A stretch of 64,000 bases of DNA, taken from assembly GCA_965221375.1 (NCBI GenBank), contig OZ244883.1, positions 892,409 to 956,408 of the forward strand, written 5' to 3'. Every line of letters begins with the position of its first letter. Position 1 is the first letter of the stretch. Below are positions 11,053-22,492 of this stretch, one piece after another. Origin of the DNA: an uncultured candidatus Porisulfidus sp. (lineage in GTDB: Bacteria > Pseudomonadota > Gammaproteobacteria > Poriferisulfidales > Poriferisulfidaceae). The notes beneath the pieces were generated by a model. It was not told the DNA's origin and ran no database searches. It was given only the letters and a program-made list of their open reading frames with translations. Made by a program: the position numbers and the translations under genes.

Positions 11053-11879
11053 CGATTGTCAAGGCACGGCCGACTTCTCCGGGACGCCGCTTTCGCGCCA
11101 GCGTCCGTACGGAAGGATTGCATCGCGGGCAGCCCTATCGGCCCCTTGTGTGCGGCAAATCGAAAACAGGCGGGCGCAACAACCAGGGCCGCATTACGAC
11201 GCGCCACATTGGGGGCGGTCACAAGCAGCGTTATCGCATCATTGATTTTCGTCGCAACAAGGACGGCATTACCGCCAAAGTTGAGCGTCTGGAATATGAT
11301 CCCAATCGCAGCGCTCACATTGCGCTGTTGCTGTATGCCGATGGTGAGCGGCGCTACATCATCGCGCCTGAAGGATTGAAAGTGGGCATGGAGGTGCTGT
11401 CGGGGGACAAAGCGCCCATTGGACCGGGCAATTGCCTGCCGTTACGGAATATGCCCGTCGGTATTGTGGTGCACTGTGTGGAATTGCGACCGGGGGGTGG
11501 CGCAAAACTGGCTCGCAGCGCGGGCGCCCAAGTGCAGTTGCTGGCCCGCGAGGGAGCCTATGCGACGTTGCGGTTGCGTTCGGGAGAAGTGCGCAAGGTG
11601 CTGGCGGAATGCCGAGCAACGGTCGGCGAGGTCGGTAATGCCGAACATTCGTTGATCAAGCTGGGCAAGGCCGGTGCGAAACGTTGGCGAGGCGTACGCC
11701 CGACAGTTCGAGGCGTGGCCATGAATCCGGTGGACCATCCGCATGGAGGGGGTGAGGGAAAAACCTCTGGTGGGCGTCATCCGGTGACGCCGTGGGGAGT
11801 GCCGACCAAAGGTCACAAGACCCGGCACAACAAACGAACCAGTCATTTAATTATCCGCCGTCGGCGCAAGAAACGGTGA
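11049..11879 (+). CDS. rplB: 50S ribosomal protein uL2
   Basis: [35 protein letters not shown]. Confidence 0.99.
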   Translation: MTIVKARPTSPGRRFRASVRTEGLHRGQPYRPLVCGKSKTGGRNNQGRITTRHIGGGHKQRYRIIDFRRNKDGITAKVERLEYDPNRSAHIALLLYADGERRYIIAPEGLKVGMEVLSGDKAPIGPGNCLPLRNMPVGIVVHCVELRPGGGAKLARSAGAQVQLLAREGAYATLRLRSGEVRKVLAECRATVGEVGNAEHSLIKLGKAGAKRWRGVRPTVRGVAMNPVDHPHGGGEGKTSGGRHPVTPWGVPTKGHKTRHNKRTSHLIIRRRRKKR

Positions 11880-11883
11880 TGCA

Positions 11884-12159
11884 ATGCCACGTTCATTAAA
11901 GAAAGGTCCATTCGTCGACCACCACCTGATGGCCAAAGTGCTGGCGGCCGTGGAAAACAACGATCGTCGTCAGATCAAGACCTGGTCGCGCCGTTCCATG
12001 ATCATCCCCGAGATGGTCGGCTTGACCTTGGCCGTTCATGACGGACGCCGGCATGTCCCGGTGTTGATCAATGAAAACATGGTGGGACACAAACTGGGCG
12101 AGTTCGCGCTGACGCGAACTTTTCGACAACACTCCGGAGACCGCAAGGCGAAAGTCTGA
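11884..12159 (+). CDS. rpsS: 30S ribosomal protein uS19
   Basis: [26 protein letters not shown]. Confidence 0.99.
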   Translation: MPRSLKKGPFVDHHLMAKVLAAVENNDRRQIKTWSRRSMIIPEMVGLTLAVHDGRRHVPVLINENMVGHKLGEFALTRTFRQHSGDRKAKV

Positions 12160-12497
12160 TGGAAACTCGTGCCGTTGCCCGCAATCTTCGGATCAGTCCG
12201 CGAAAATGCCGGCTGACTGCGGATCAAGTACGCAATCTGCCTGTCGGCGAAGCGCTGGAGATTTTGCGCTTTTCGCCGCACAAGGCGGCGCAGCTGATGA
12301 GCAAGGCATTGGAATCGGCCTTGGCCAATGCGGAGCACAACCAGGGCGCGGATATCGATTTGCTGCGGGTGCACCGAGTTACCGTTGATGAAGGCAAGGT
12401 CTTCAAGCGGTTTCGTCCACGGGCGCGCGGTCGGATCGGCCGGATTATCAAACGTACAAGCCATATCACCATCGTGTTGAGCGACGGGCAGGAGTAA
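12159..12497 (+). CDS. rplV: 50S ribosomal protein uL22
   Basis: [35 protein letters not shown]. Confidence 0.98.
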   Translation: METRAVARNLRISPRKCRLTADQVRNLPVGEALEILRFSPHKAAQLMSKALESALANAEHNQGADIDLLRVHRVTVDEGKVFKRFRPRARGRIGRIIKRTSHITIVLSDGQE

Positions 12498-12500
12498 CGC

Positions 12501-13178
12501 ATGGGACAGAAAGTTAATCCAATCGGATTTCGACTCGGCGTGATGACCGACTGGAATTCGCACTGGTATGCGGAAGGTCAAGAGTATCGCGACCAGCTCC
12601 GCAACGATCTGATGGTGCGCGAGTTTCTGCGCAACAAACTGTCGCAGGCGTCGGTCAGTCGCATTCAGATTGAGCGTCGCAACGATACGGCTGAGATCAC
12701 CATTCACACGGCGCGTCCCGGTATTGTCATCGGCAAGAAAGGCAACGACATCGAAATTTTGCGCCGCGAAGTGGCGCAGATGATGAACCTTGGCCTAGGC
12801 ATGGTCAAAGTCAACATTGAGGAGATTCACAATCCGGAAGTCGACGCCCACCTGGTGGCGGAGAGTGTGGCCCAACAGTTGGAAGGGCGCATCATGCATC
12901 GTCGGGCGATGAAACGGGCGGTACAGAACGCCATGCGGTTGGGGGTGCAGGGCATCAAGTTGAATGTGGCCGGTCGCCTCAATGGGGCGGACATTGCGCG
13001 CAGCGAATGGTATCGGGAAGGTCGCGTGCCGCTGCATACCTTGCGGGCGGATATCGACTACGGTTTTGCCGAGGCTAATACCACTTACGGAATTATCGGC
13101 GTCAAAGTCTGGATCTTCAATGGCGAAGTGGGGGGCTTGGAAGGAGCCTCCAACAAAACCAAGGGCAAGGGCAAATAA
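12501..13178 (+). CDS. rpsC: 30S ribosomal protein uS3
   Basis: [37 protein letters not shown]. Confidence 0.99.
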   Translation: MGQKVNPIGFRLGVMTDWNSHWYAEGQEYRDQLRNDLMVREFLRNKLSQASVSRIQIERRNDTAEITIHTARPGIVIGKKGNDIEILRREVAQMMNLGLGMVKVNIEEIHNPEVDAHLVAESVAQQLEGRIMHRRAMKRAVQNAMRLGVQGIKLNVAGRLNGADIARSEWYREGRVPLHTLRADIDYGFAEANTTYGIIGVKVWIFNGEVGGLEGASNKTKGKGK

Positions 13179-13193
13179 GGGAGCAAGACGATC

Positions 13194-13607
13194 ATGATGC
13201 AGCCCAAGCGCACGCGCTATCGCAAACAGCAAAAAGGCCGTAATCGCGGCTTGTCCCTGCGTGCGAATAAAGTCAGCTTCGGGGAATATGGTTTGAAAGC
13301 CACCACCAGCGGACGAATGACTTCTCGTCAGATTGAGGCTGGACGCCGGGCGTTGACCCGACACATCCGCCGCGGCGGAAAGATATGGATCCGCATTTTC
13401 CCGGATGTGCCGGTGACGAAAAAGCCTTTGGAGTCACGTCAGGGCAAAGGCAAGGGCAACGTGGAGTATTGGGTGGCCAAGATTCAGCCGGGCCGGATGC
13501 TGTATGAGATGGAAGGCGTGAATGAAGATTTGGCGCGTGAGGCGTTTCGCCGCGCCGCGTCCAAATTGCCGGTCCAAACTGTTTTCACTCGTCGGACTTT
13601 AGCCTAA
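13194..13607 (+). CDS. rplP: 50S ribosomal protein uL16
   Basis: [32 protein letters not shown]. Confidence 0.98.
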   Translation: MMQPKRTRYRKQQKGRNRGLSLRANKVSFGEYGLKATTSGRMTSRQIEAGRRALTRHIRRGGKIWIRIFPDVPVTKKPLESRQGKGKGNVEYWVAKIQPGRMLYEMEGVNEDLAREAFRRAASKLPVQTVFTRRTLA

Positions 13608-13807
13608 TGGATATTCAAGCGATGCGCGGCAAGGATGAAGCGGAACTGCAAGCCGAGTTGGTGCGGTTGCGCCGGAGTCAGTTTGAACTGCGCATGCAGT
13701 GGCGTGCCGGACAATTGGCGCGCAACCACCAGTTGAAAGAAACGCGGCGCGATATCGCCCGGATTAAAACATTGCTGACCGAACGGCAGGCAGGAGCAAA
13801 ATCATGA
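13607..13807 (+). CDS. rpmC: 50S ribosomal protein uL29
   Basis: 66 aa, [16 protein letters not shown]; position between rplP and rpsQ. Confidence 0.95.
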   Translation: MDIQAMRGKDEAELQAELVRLRRSQFELRMQWRAGQLARNHQLKETRRDIARIKTLLTERQAGAKS

Positions 13808-14064
13808 GCGACAAAATCCGTTCCGTAATCGGCAAGGTGGTCAGTGACCGTATGGACAAGACGGTCGCGGTGCTGGTCGAGCGTCAGTTGCGTCACCCGC
13901 TGTATGGCAAGTACGTGCGTCGTTCGAGCAAGATATTGGCGCATGACGAAGGCAACCAGGCACAGATAGGCGACCGGGTTCGGATTCGCGAATGCCGTCC
14001 GCATTCCAAGCGTAAGGCTTGGGAGGTTTTGGAAGTCCTGGGTTCAGAGGGAGCGGGGTCATGA
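13804..14064 (+). CDS. rpsQ: 30S ribosomal protein uS17
   Basis: [30 protein letters not shown]. Confidence 0.98.
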   Translation: MSDKIRSVIGKVVSDRMDKTVAVLVERQLRHPLYGKYVRRSSKILAHDEGNQAQIGDRVRIRECRPHSKRKAWEVLEVLGSEGAGS

Positions 14065-14429
14065 TTCAGGTCGAATCGATGCTCGATGCGGCCGACAACA
14101 GCGGGGCTCGCAAGGTGCAGTGCATCAAAGTACTGGGCGGTTCGCGGCGGCGCTATGCCCGTATCGGCGACATCATCAAGATCAGCGTCAAGGATGCAAT
14201 TCCGCGCGGCAAGGTGCGCAAGGGGGAAGTGCTCAATGCCGTAGTCGTGCGCACAGCCTATGGCGTGCGGCGGCGCGACGGTTCCTTGATTCGCTTTGAT
14301 CGCAATGCGGCGGTGTTGCTGAATAACCAGCTGCAGCCGATTGGCACACGCATTTTCGGGCCGGTGACGCGCGAACTGCGGACCAGTAAATTCATGAAAA
14401 TTATTTCACTGGCGCCCGAGGTGCTGTGA
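14061..14429 (+). CDS. rplN: 50S ribosomal protein uL14
   Basis: [37 protein letters not shown]. Confidence 0.99.
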   Translation: MIQVESMLDAADNSGARKVQCIKVLGGSRRRYARIGDIIKISVKDAIPRGKVRKGEVLNAVVVRTAYGVRRRDGSLIRFDRNAAVLLNNQLQPIGTRIFGPVTRELRTSKFMKIISLAPEVL

Positions 14430-14436
14430 GGTCGTT

Positions 14437-14754
14437 ATGAATCGGCTGCGCAAAGGTGACACCGTCATTATCACTTCCGGCAAAGAGCGGGGCCGGCAGG
14501 GCACGGTCCTGCGCATATTGACGGACGGGCGCGTGCTGGTGGAAGGTTTGAACTTGGTCAAGCGCCACACCAAAGCTCAGCCGCAGTTGGGTCAGCCAGG
14601 GGGCATCATTGAAAAAGAAGCACCGTTGGACGCTTCCAATGTGCAGTTGTACAACCCGATCACCAAGCGTGCGGACCGGATTGGTTATCGCATGTTGGAA
14701 GACGGTCGCAAAGTGCGCTATTTCAAATCCAACAACGAAGTGGTGGACGTGTAG
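14437..14754 (+). CDS. rplX: 50S ribosomal protein uL24
   Basis: [17 protein letters not shown] motif, [12 protein letters not shown]. Confidence 0.98.
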   Translation: MNRLRKGDTVIITSGKERGRQGTVLRILTDGRVLVEGLNLVKRHTKAQPQLGQPGGIIEKEAPLDASNVQLYNPITKRADRIGYRMLEDGRKVRYFKSNNEVVDV

Positions 14755-14762
14755 GGGTGCTC

Positions 14763-15302
14763 ATGGCTCGTTTAAAAACCTTGTACGAACAGGAGCTGCG
14801 CCCGCGTTTGCAGAAGGAACTCGGGGCACAAAGCCCGATGGCTGTCCCGCGCCTGGAGAAAATCACGCTCAACATGGGGTTGGGAGCGTCGGCTCGCGAC
14901 AAGAAGATTTTGGAGGCGGCTTTGGATGATTTGTACCGCATCACCAGTCAAAAGCCGGTCATTACCCGGGCGCGCAAGTCCGTGGCAGGCTTCGCCATTC
15001 GTGAAGGCTGGCCGGTCGGCTGTCGCGTTACTCTGCGGCGCACGGTCATGTATGAATTTTTGGACCGACTGATCAACATTGCCATTCCGCGAATGCGTGA
15101 TTTTCGAGGCCTTCCCAAGCGCGCCTTTGATGGCCGTGGCAATTACAGTCTGGGAATTCCGGAGCAGATGGTGTTTCCGGAAATTGAATACGACACGATT
15201 GAACAAATGCGAGGTTTGAATGTGACGATCACAACGAATGCCCGCGATGATGAGCAGGCACAAGTGCTGCTGAGTGCTTTTAACTTCCCACTGCGAGGTT
15301 GA
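14763..15302 (+). CDS. rplE: 50S ribosomal protein uL5
   Basis: [42 protein letters not shown]. Confidence 0.99.
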   Translation: MARLKTLYEQELRPRLQKELGAQSPMAVPRLEKITLNMGLGASARDKKILEAALDDLYRITSQKPVITRARKSVAGFAIREGWPVGCRVTLRRTVMYEFLDRLINIAIPRMRDFRGLPKRAFDGRGNYSLGIPEQMVFPEIEYDTIEQMRGLNVTITTNARDDEQAQVLLSAFNFPLRG

Positions 15303-15303
15303 G

Positions 15304-15609
15304 ATGGCAAAAGTCAGCATGGTTCAACGCGATCTGAAGCGGGCACGCATCGCCCGGCGTTATGCCCGACGCCGTGCCGCGGTACTGGCCGTCATCAAGG
15401 ATCCCAACAGCACGCTGGAGCAGCGCATGGCTGCGCAGACGGCGCTGCAGAAAATGCCTCGGGATGCATCCCCGGTGCGTCAGCGCAATCGCTGCGCGAT
15501 TACCGGACGTCCCCGCGGCTATTACCGACGCTTTGGCCTGGGGCGCAACAAACTGCGCGAGGCCGCCATGCGCGGTGATGTGCCGGGCCTGACCAAGGCC
15601 AGTTGGTAG
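15304..15609 (+). CDS. rpsN: 30S ribosomal protein uS14 (long, Zn-independent form)
   Basis: [33 protein letters not shown]. Confidence 0.98.
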   Translation: MAKVSMVQRDLKRARIARRYARRRAAVLAVIKDPNSTLEQRMAAQTALQKMPRDASPVRQRNRCAITGRPRGYYRRFGLGRNKLREAAMRGDVPGLTKASW

Positions 15610-15618
15610 GAGAAACTC

Positions 15619-16014
15619 ATGAGCATGCAGGATCCGATTGCAGACATGCTGACACGCATTCGTAATGCCCAGCAGGCGCGGCACGAAACGGTGGAGATGA
15701 GCCACTCCAAGCAGCGCGAAGCCCTGGCCCGCGTGTTGCGTGAGGAAGGCTATATCGCGGCTGTCGAAATAGTCGAAGAAAAGCCACGCAACTCTTTGAA
15801 AATAAGCCTTAAATATGACAATGGCCAACCCGTCATTCAGCGCTTGAAGCGTGTGAGTCGCCCCGGGTTACGCATTTATCGCAGCGCCCGAGATCTTCCT
15901 TGGGTGCGCGGCGGATTGGGGTGTGCCATTATCTCGACTTCGCATGGGGTCATGGGCGACCATGAGGCACGAAAAAGCGGCTACGGCGGCGAAGTCCTGT
16001 GCACGGTTGAATAG
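15619..16014 (+). CDS. rpsH: 30S ribosomal protein uS8
   Basis: [32 protein letters not shown]. Confidence 0.99.
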   Translation: MSMQDPIADMLTRIRNAQQARHETVEMSHSKQREALARVLREEGYIAAVEIVEEKPRNSLKISLKYDNGQPVIQRLKRVSRPGLRIYRSARDLPWVRGGLGCAIISTSHGVMGDHEARKSGYGGEVLCTVE

Positions 16015-16022
16015 AGCGCGTC

Positions 16023-16547
16023 ATGTCCCGAATTGCCAAACGTCCCATTCCTCTGCCGGAGCAGGTTGAGGTGACCATTGCCGGCCAGACGTTGACCGTC
16101 AAAGGGCCGAAGGGGGAATTGTCTTTACAGGTGGTCGAGCCGGTGACGGTGCGCGAAGAGGACCGCACCGTGTATTTCGATGCGCCTTCCTCGGCCAATA
16201 TGCTGGCCGGCACCATGAATGCATTGTTTGCATGCAACGTCAAGGGAGTCAAGGAAGGCTATACCAAAAAACTGGAGTTGATCGGGGTTGGTTATCGGGC
16301 GCAGATGAGAGGCACGGATTTGAACTTAAGCTTGGGCTTTTCGCATCCCGTGCTGTACAAAGCGCCGAAAGGCGTGACACTGGAGACGCCGAGTCAAACG
16401 GAAATCGTGGTTTCCGGGATCGACAAGCAAAAGGTCGGTCAGGCGGCGGCAGATATTCGTGCATATCGTCCGCCGGAACCGTACAAAGGCAAAGGAGTGC
16501 GCTATAGCGGCGAACAGGTCCTGCGCAAGGAGGCGAAGAAGAAATGA
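16023..16547 (+). CDS. rplF: 50S ribosomal protein uL6
   Basis: MSRIAKRPI, GVGYRA, RPPEPYKGKGVRY. Confidence 0.99.
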   Translation: MSRIAKRPIPLPEQVEVTIAGQTLTVKGPKGELSLQVVEPVTVREEDRTVYFDAPSSANMLAGTMNALFACNVKGVKEGYTKKLELIGVGYRAQMRGTDLNLSLGFSHPVLYKAPKGVTLETPSQTEIVVSGIDKQKVGQAAADIRAYRPPEPYKGKGVRYSGEQVLRKEAKKK

Positions 16548-16900
16548 GCGATGTGGCTCGCACTCGTCAGCAGCGTTCGCGTCGTGTGCGTACGCGGCTG
16601 GTCGATACCGACCGTCATCGACTGACGGTGCATCGCACCTTGCAGCACATGTATGCGCAAGTGGTCAGCCCTGACGGCGGGACCGTCATTGCGCAGGCAT
16701 CCACGCTGATGCCGGAGTTGCGCAAGAAGTTGAAAAAAACCGGTGACCGGCAAGCGGCCGAACAAGTTGGGCGCCTGATTGCGGAACGGGCGCAGGCAGC
16801 CAATGTCGAAACCGTATGGTTTGATCGGGGACGTTTCCGCTACCACGGGCGTGTCCGTGCTTTGGCTGACGCAGCCCGGGCTGCCGGATTGAAATTTTAA
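16544..16900 (+). CDS. rplR: 50S ribosomal protein uL18
   Basis: [26 protein letters not shown]. Confidence 0.98.
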   Translation: MSDVARTRQQRSRRVRTRLVDTDRHRLTVHRTLQHMYAQVVSPDGGTVIAQASTLMPELRKKLKKTGDRQAAEQVGRLIAERAQAANVETVWFDRGRFRYHGRVRALADAARAAGLKF

Positions 16901-16910
16901 GGAGCGTGTG

Positions 16911-17441
16911 ATGGCGACGAACTTGGAAGTGCTGCAAGGCAGCGAGGAACTGGTCGAGAAAATGGTCGCGGTCAACCGCGTGGCCAAAGTGGTCAAAGGC
17001 GGTCGGCAGTTCGGCTTCACGGCGCTTACCGTCGTAGGCGACCGAAATGGTCGCGTGGGCGTGGGCTACGGGAAGGCACGTGAGGTGCCTTTGGCCATTC
17101 AAAAGAGCTTGGAAAAAGCGCGGCGTGGCATGGTCTCCATACCTTTGCGAAACGGCACCTTGTACTATTCCGTGACCGGCACACATGGGGCGGCAAAGGT
17201 CTTTATGCAGCCGGCGGCCGAAGGTACTGGCATTATTGCCGGAGGCCCGATGCGCGCGGTTTTCGAAGTGCTTGGAGTGCACAACGTTCTGGCCAAATGC
17301 ATCGGTTCGCGCAACCCCATCAATACCGTTTACGCGACTCTCCAGGGCTTGCAGTCGATCCAGTCGCCCAAAGAAGTGGCGCAGAAACTGGGGCGTCCGG
17401 TCCGTGAAATCAAGGAGCGCATGCAGTGGCAGGAAGACTGA
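16911..17441 (+). CDS. rpsE: 30S ribosomal protein uS5
   Basis: [29 protein letters not shown]. Confidence 0.99.
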   Translation: MATNLEVLQGSEELVEKMVAVNRVAKVVKGGRQFGFTALTVVGDRNGRVGVGYGKAREVPLAIQKSLEKARRGMVSIPLRNGTLYYSVTGTHGAAKVFMQPAAEGTGIIAGGPMRAVFEVLGVHNVLAKCIGSRNPINTVYATLQGLQSIQSPKEVAQKLGRPVREIKERMQWQED

Positions 17442-17608
17442 AAATCACCCTGGTCAAAAGCCTGATTGGGCGGTTGCCGAAGCACCGTGCCAGCGCTAGA
17501 GGTTTGGGTTTGCGCCGGCTGCAGCAGACGGTGGAAGTCGAGGACACGCCACAGAATCGCGGCATGGTTCGGCAAATTCAATATTTGCTCAAAGTGGAGG
17601 AAGGCTGA
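17426..17608 (+). CDS. rpmD: 50S ribosomal protein uL30
   Basis: [25 protein letters not shown]; GTG start inside rpsE 3' end after AAGGAG. Confidence 0.96.
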   Translation: MAGRLKITLVKSLIGRLPKHRASARGLGLRRLQQTVEVEDTPQNRGMVRQIQYLLKVEEG

Positions 17609-18039
17609 TGCGTCTCAATACGTTGACTCCGGCTCCGGGCAGCCGCCGGGCGCGCAAGCGCGTCGGGCGTGGGACTGGCAGCGGCATGGGAAAAACCGCA
17701 GGGCGGGGCCATAAAGGGCAAAAATCACGTTCGGGCGGGTATCACAAGGTCGGCTTTGAGGGCGGCCAGATGCCGCTGCAGCGCCGCCTGCCCAAGACAG
17801 GGTTTTCTTCGCGTCGGGAACCGGTCGCGGAGGTGGGAACCGCGCGTCTGGAGACCTTGCCGGATACCCACGTTACAGTGCAGGCACTGCAGACGGCCCG
17901 GCTGGTGCCCAGTCGTGCCCAGCGCATCAAGATTATTTTGAAAGGCGAGTTGACTCGGGCGTACACAATCGAAGGAGTGGCAGTCTCCCGGGGCGCACGT
18001 GCGGCGATTGAAGCCGCGAAGGGCGAAATTCGCGAATAG
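17608..18039 (+). CDS. rplO: 50S ribosomal protein uL15
   Basis: [39 protein letters not shown]. Confidence 0.99.
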   Translation: MRLNTLTPAPGSRRARKRVGRGTGSGMGKTAGRGHKGQKSRSGGYHKVGFEGGQMPLQRRLPKTGFSSRREPVAEVGTARLETLPDTHVTVQALQTARLVPSRAQRIKIILKGELTRAYTIEGVAVSRGARAAIEAAKGEIRE

Positions 18040-18047
18040 GCAATCCC

Positions 18048-19361
18048 ATGGCACCGCCCAAACAAGCTTCTCCGTACTCGGAACTGCGCCAGCGCATCCT
18101 GTTTGTGGTGGGGGCGCTGATCGTCTATCGGATTGGCACTTACATTCCGGTGCCCGGTATCGATCCGAGTGCCTTGGCGCGATTTTTTGAGGAGCAGGGC
18201 GGCACGATTATCGATCTGTTCAATATGTTCTCGGGCGGAGCGCTGGAGCGGCTCAGCATTTTGGCGCTGGGCATCATGCCTTACATCTCAGCCGCCATCA
18301 TCATGCAGCTGATGACGGCTGTGATCCCAAGCCTCAAGGAGTTGCGCAAGGAAGGAGAGCAGGGACGTCGTCAAATCACTCAGTACACCCGCTATGGCAC
18401 GTTGGGCTTGGCGACACTGCAGGCGGGAGGCGTGTCCGTGGCGCTACAGAGCCAGGGAATCGCACTTTATACCGGTTATGGATTTGCCTTCACGGCTATC
18501 GTCACGCTGGTGACCGGCACCATGTTTCTTATGTGGCTGGGTGAGCAAATCACCGAGCGCGGCATCGGCAACGGCATCTCCCTGATCATCTTCAGCAGCA
18601 TTGTGGCCGGGTTGCCGACCGCGGTGGGCGGCACGTTGGAGCTTGCCAGCACCGGCGAACTTTCTTCCGCGCTGGTAGTACTTCTGTTTGCCCTGGTGGT
18701 GGCCATCACCGCGTTTGTGGTCTTCATCGAACGGGGCCAGCGGCGCATCACGGTGAACTATGCGCGTCAGCAGCAGGGGCGTCGCGTGGCGGTCCAGTCG
18801 ACGCACTTGCCGTTTAAATTGAATATGGCCGGGGTGATTCCGCCGATTTTTGCATCCAGCATTATTTTGTTTCCAGCCTCTTTCGGACGGTGGGCCGGCT
18901 CGACCGAAGGGATGGGCTGGCTGCGGGACTTGTCGTCCACTTTGGCGCCGGGGCAGCCACTGTATGTGATGTTCTATGCGCTCGCCATCATATTCTTTTG
19001 CTTTTTCTATACGGCCCTGGTCTACGACTCGCGGGACACGGCAGACAATTTGAAACGTTCGGGGGCTTTTATTCCCGGGATTCGTCCGGGCGAGAAAACC
19101 GCGCAGTACATCGATACGGTGATGACCCGTCTGACGGCTGTCGGCGCGTTATATATCGTTTCGGTCTGCCTGCTGCCCGAGTTCCTGATTTTGGGATTGA
19201 ATGTGCCCTTTTATTTTGGGGGCACGTCATTGCTGATTATTGTGATCGTGGTGATGGATTTTATTTCCCAACTGCAGACCCACATGATGTCGCACCAGTA
19301 TGAAGGCCTTCTCAAAAAGGCCGAAGCACGTGGTGCGCGTCCTCGAAGCCTTTTACGATAG
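18048..19361 (+). CDS. secY: Preprotein translocase subunit SecY
   Basis: [52 protein letters not shown]. Confidence 0.99.
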   Translation: MAPPKQASPYSELRQRILFVVGALIVYRIGTYIPVPGIDPSALARFFEEQGGTIIDLFNMFSGGALERLSILALGIMPYISAAIIMQLMTAVIPSLKELRKEGEQGRRQITQYTRYGTLGLATLQAGGVSVALQSQGIALYTGYGFAFTAIVTLVTGTMFLMWLGEQITERGIGNGISLIIFSSIVAGLPTAVGGTLELASTGELSSALVVLLFALVVAITAFVVFIERGQRRITVNYARQQQGRRVAVQSTHLPFKLNMAGVIPPIFASSIILFPASFGRWAGSTEGMGWLRDLSSTLAPGQPLYVMFYALAIIFFCFFYTALVYDSRDTADNLKRSGAFIPGIRPGEKTAQYIDTVMTRLTAVGALYIVSVCLLPEFLILGLNVPFYFGGTSLLIIVIVVMDFISQLQTHMMSHQYEGLLKKAEARGARPRSLLR

Positions 19362-19372
19362 GAGGAATCGCG

Positions 19373-19486
19373 GTGAAAGTACGAGCTTCAGTCAAGCGGA
19401 TTTGCCGCAACTGCAAAATTGTTCGGCGCAACGGGGTTGTGCGGGTGATTTGCAAGATACCTCGACACAAGCAGCGTCAAGGCTGA
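19373..19486 (+). CDS. rpmJ: 50S ribosomal protein bL36 (Zn-ribbon form; below ORF-track cutoff)
   Basis: Hand translation GTG start after GGAGGA: [37 protein letters not shown]. Confidence 0.97.
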   Translation: MKVRASVKRICRNCKIVRRNGVVRVICKIPRHKQRQG

Positions 19487-19533
19487 TTGTGTCTTATCAG
19501 GTAAAATAGCCCACTTTTACGCAACCGCAGAAA

Positions 19534-19890
19534 ATGGCACGAATTGCTGGCGTCAACTTACCGGATCACAAGCACACGGTGATCGCGCTTCGCTCCATTT
19601 ACGGGATGGGGGCGACCCGTGCTGCGCAGGTATGCGCGGCGTGCTCCATCAACCCGGCCGAGCGCTTGGGGAAACTGGATGAGACGCAGTTGAGCGCCTT
19701 GCGCGAAGCGGTGACGTCGTACACCATTGAAGGCGACTTGCGCCGCGAGACGGCCATGAGTATCAAGCGCCTGATGGATCTGGGCTGTTACCGAGGCATT
19801 CGTCATCGGCGTAAATTGCCTTTGCGCGGGCAACGCACCCGTACCAATGCACGCACCCGAAAGGGACCGCGCCGTCCCATTCGCCGTTAG
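19534..19890 (+). CDS. rpsM: 30S ribosomal protein uS13
   Basis: [38 protein letters not shown]. Confidence 0.99.
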   Translation: MARIAGVNLPDHKHTVIALRSIYGMGATRAAQVCAACSINPAERLGKLDETQLSALREAVTSYTIEGDLRRETAMSIKRLMDLGCYRGIRHRRKLPLRGQRTRTNARTRKGPRRPIRR

Positions 19891-19908
19891 GCATAAACTC
19901 AAAAAATA

Positions 19909-20310
19909 ATGGCTCAACCGAAATCCAAATCCGGATCGCGCACGCGCAAAAAAGTCCGTCGTACAGTCACCGACGGCATCGCGCATATTCGTGCGTCCTT
20001 CAACAATACCTTGATTACGATTACCGATCTGCAGGGGAATACGCTGTGCTGGGCGACTTCCGGAGGATCGGGTTTCAAGGGTTCCCGCAAAAGCACACCT
20101 TTCGCCGCCCAGATTGCGGCAGCGCGTGCGGGCAAGGATGCTCTGGAGTATGGTGTGCGGAACCTGGAAGTACGGGTACGCGGGCCGGGACCCGGTCGCG
20201 AATCCGCAATGCGGGCTTTGAATGCCAGCGGCTTCCGGATTACCAATATTCGGGATATCACCCCGATTCCCCATAACGGATGCCGTCCGCCGAAGCGGCG
20301 GCGCGTATAG
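19909..20310 (+). CDS. rpsK: 30S ribosomal protein uS11
   Basis: [41 protein letters not shown]. Confidence 0.99.
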   Translation: MAQPKSKSGSRTRKKVRRTVTDGIAHIRASFNNTLITITDLQGNTLCWATSGGSGFKGSRKSTPFAAQIAAARAGKDALEYGVRNLEVRVRGPGPGRESAMRALNASGFRITNIRDITPIPHNGCRPPKRRRV

Positions 20311-20320
20311 GGCTGAAATC

Positions 20321-20953
20321 ATGGCACGTTATCTCGGACCCCGATGCAAACTCATGCGGCGAGAAGGCTCCAATCTGGAGCTGAAATCTCCTGTTCGCGA
20401 ATTGAGCAAGAAATGTAAGTTTGAAGTGCTGCCGGGCAGCAAGGGCGGACGTGGCGGTCGGCGCGGGCGAATTTCCGATTACGGTCTGCAGTTGCGCGAG
20501 AAGCAAAAACTGCGGAGGATTTACGGCATCCTCGAGCGCCAGTTTCGTAACTACTACAAAAAAGCAGCGCGCCTGAAAGGTTCAACGGGCGAGAATCTGC
20601 TGCAGCTCCTGGAGCGGCGGCTGGACAATGTTGTCTATCGCATGGGCTTTGGAGTCACCCGTGCGGAATGCCGGCAGATCGTGACGCACAAAGGCATTGA
20701 AGTCAACGGCAAGGTGGTCAACATCCCTTCGTATTTGGTGGATGCCGGGGACACCATTTCAGTGCGCGAAAGCGCTCGAGGGCAAGTCCGCATCAAGGAT
20801 GCAATTGAAATTGCCAAGCAACAGCAGGGACAGCCGGAATGGGTGGATGTGGATTTTGAGAAATTCCAGGGGACGGTCAAACAAATGCCGGCCCGAGAGG
20901 ACATCTACAAGGAAATCAACGAATCCCTGGTCGTTGAGTATTACTCCAAGTAA
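20321..20953 (+). CDS. rpsD: 30S ribosomal protein uS4
   Basis: [36 protein letters not shown]. Confidence 0.99.
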   Translation: MARYLGPRCKLMRREGSNLELKSPVRELSKKCKFEVLPGSKGGRGGRRGRISDYGLQLREKQKLRRIYGILERQFRNYYKKAARLKGSTGENLLQLLERRLDNVVYRMGFGVTRAECRQIVTHKGIEVNGKVVNIPSYLVDAGDTISVRESARGQVRIKDAIEIAKQQQGQPEWVDVDFEKFQGTVKQMPAREDIYKEINESLVVEYYSK

Positions 20954-20980
20954 TTCAAGTATTCAGAAGAGGAGCACAAG

Positions 20981-21982
20981 ATGCTAAGCAGTGAATTAAT
21001 GGTACCGCGCGTAGTGGAGGCCAAATATACGAACAACCGCGAAGCGCGAGTGGTACTGGAACCGATGGAACGGGGGTTTGGCCATACCCTGGGCAACGCT
21101 CTGCGCCGCGTATTGCTGTCCTCGATTCCCGGCACGGCCGTGACTGAAGTGGAAATCCATGGCGTCAAGCATGAATACGACACCATCGACGGGGTACAGG
21201 AAGATGTGGTCGATATTCTGCTGAATCTCAAGAGTTTGTCGGTGCGTATGCATGAGCGCGTGAAAGCGGAACTGCATCTGCATAAAAAAGGACCCGGAGA
21301 AGTCCGCGCGGGGGATATCGAGTTGAGCCATGACGTGGAGATCAAAAATCCCGACTTTGTCATCGCGCATTTAACCGAAACCGGCGAACTGGAAATGACG
21401 CTGAAAATCGAAAAAGGCCGCGGCTATGTGCCGGTGCCGACTCGTCAGCAACAAGACCAGCAGTCTCACCCCATCGGCACGCTGCTGTTGGACGCCAGTT
21501 TCAGTCCGATTCGGCGAGTGGCTTACCAGGTGGAGAACACCCGTGTGGAGCAGCGCACCGATTTGGACCGTCTGGTGCTGGATTTGGAGACCAATGGCAC
21601 GGTGGAACCCGAGGAAGTCATTCGTCAGGCAGCCATTATTCTGAGTGAGCAGTTGTCGGTATTGGTGGGCCTGGAAGGAGGCGAGGTCACCCGTCAGCCG
21701 CAGGTGAGCGTGGCGGAAGTGCCGAAAGTGTACCGATTGCCGATTGACGAGTTGGAGCTAAACCAACGCGCCATCAACAGCCTCAAGCAGGAGAATATTT
21801 TCTACATCGGCGACTTGGTCAGTAAGGACGAAGATGAGTTGATGCGGCAGACTCCGAATATCGGAATCAAGACGGTTGCGGATATCAAGCAGGCGTTGGC
21901 CGCGCGTGAGTTGATTTTGGGCATGAAAGTTGAAAACTGGCCGCCGGATGATCTGGTGCGTACGCGAACCCCGTTGTTTTAA
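20981..21982 (+). CDS. rpoA: RNA polymerase subunit alpha
   Basis: LEPMERGFGHTLGNALRR, DASFSPI, RVEQRTDLD, CTD with IDELEL..R..NSL. Confidence 0.99.
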   Translation: MLSSELMVPRVVEAKYTNNREARVVLEPMERGFGHTLGNALRRVLLSSIPGTAVTEVEIHGVKHEYDTIDGVQEDVVDILLNLKSLSVRMHERVKAELHLHKKGPGEVRAGDIELSHDVEIKNPDFVIAHLTETGELEMTLKIEKGRGYVPVPTRQQQDQQSHPIGTLLLDASFSPIRRVAYQVENTRVEQRTDLDRLVLDLETNGTVEPEEVIRQAAIILSEQLSVLVGLEGGEVTRQPQVSVAEVPKVYRLPIDELELNQRAINSLKQENIFYIGDLVSKDEDELMRQTPNIGIKTVADIKQALAARELILGMKVENWPPDDLVRTRTPLF

Positions 21983-22000
21983 ATTTGGGATTGATTGGTC

Positions 22001-22390
22001 ATGCGTCATCGGAAGTCAGGTCGCCGCTTGAACCGAACATCCGCCCATCGGCGCGCAATGTTTCGGAATATGGCAGTCTCGCTCCTGCAGCACGAGGCGA
22101 TTCGCACGACGGTGCCAAAGGCCAAGGAGCTGCGGCGTTTCGTGGAGCCGTTGATCACATTGGCCAAAGACGACTCCGTAGCCAAACGACGTCGCGCCTT
22201 TGATAAATTGCGTGACCGCAAGACGGTAGGCAAGTTGTTTGCGGATTTGGGTCCGCAATATCAATCACGCCCAGGCGGGTATATACGGATTCTCAAGAAT
22301 GGCTACCGGCCGGGCGACAATGCTCCGATGGCTTATGTAGCGCTCGTCGATCGCGGCGAGAAAGACGAAGAAACACCCGAAGCAGCCTGA
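22001..22390 (+). CDS. rplQ: 50S ribosomal protein bL17
   Basis: [37 protein letters not shown]. Confidence 0.99.
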   Translation: MRHRKSGRRLNRTSAHRRAMFRNMAVSLLQHEAIRTTVPKAKELRRFVEPLITLAKDDSVAKRRRAFDKLRDRKTVGKLFADLGPQYQSRPGGYIRILKNGYRPGDNAPMAYVALVDRGEKDEETPEAA

Positions 22391-22492
22391 GCCTGGCCGA
22401 CCACTCCCGGTCGACATCACATAAGCCGCCTCGCGTTGCGAGGGATTCTATAACTGGTAAAAGTTGAGCGTAATGCTTTGAAAGCGTCTGCT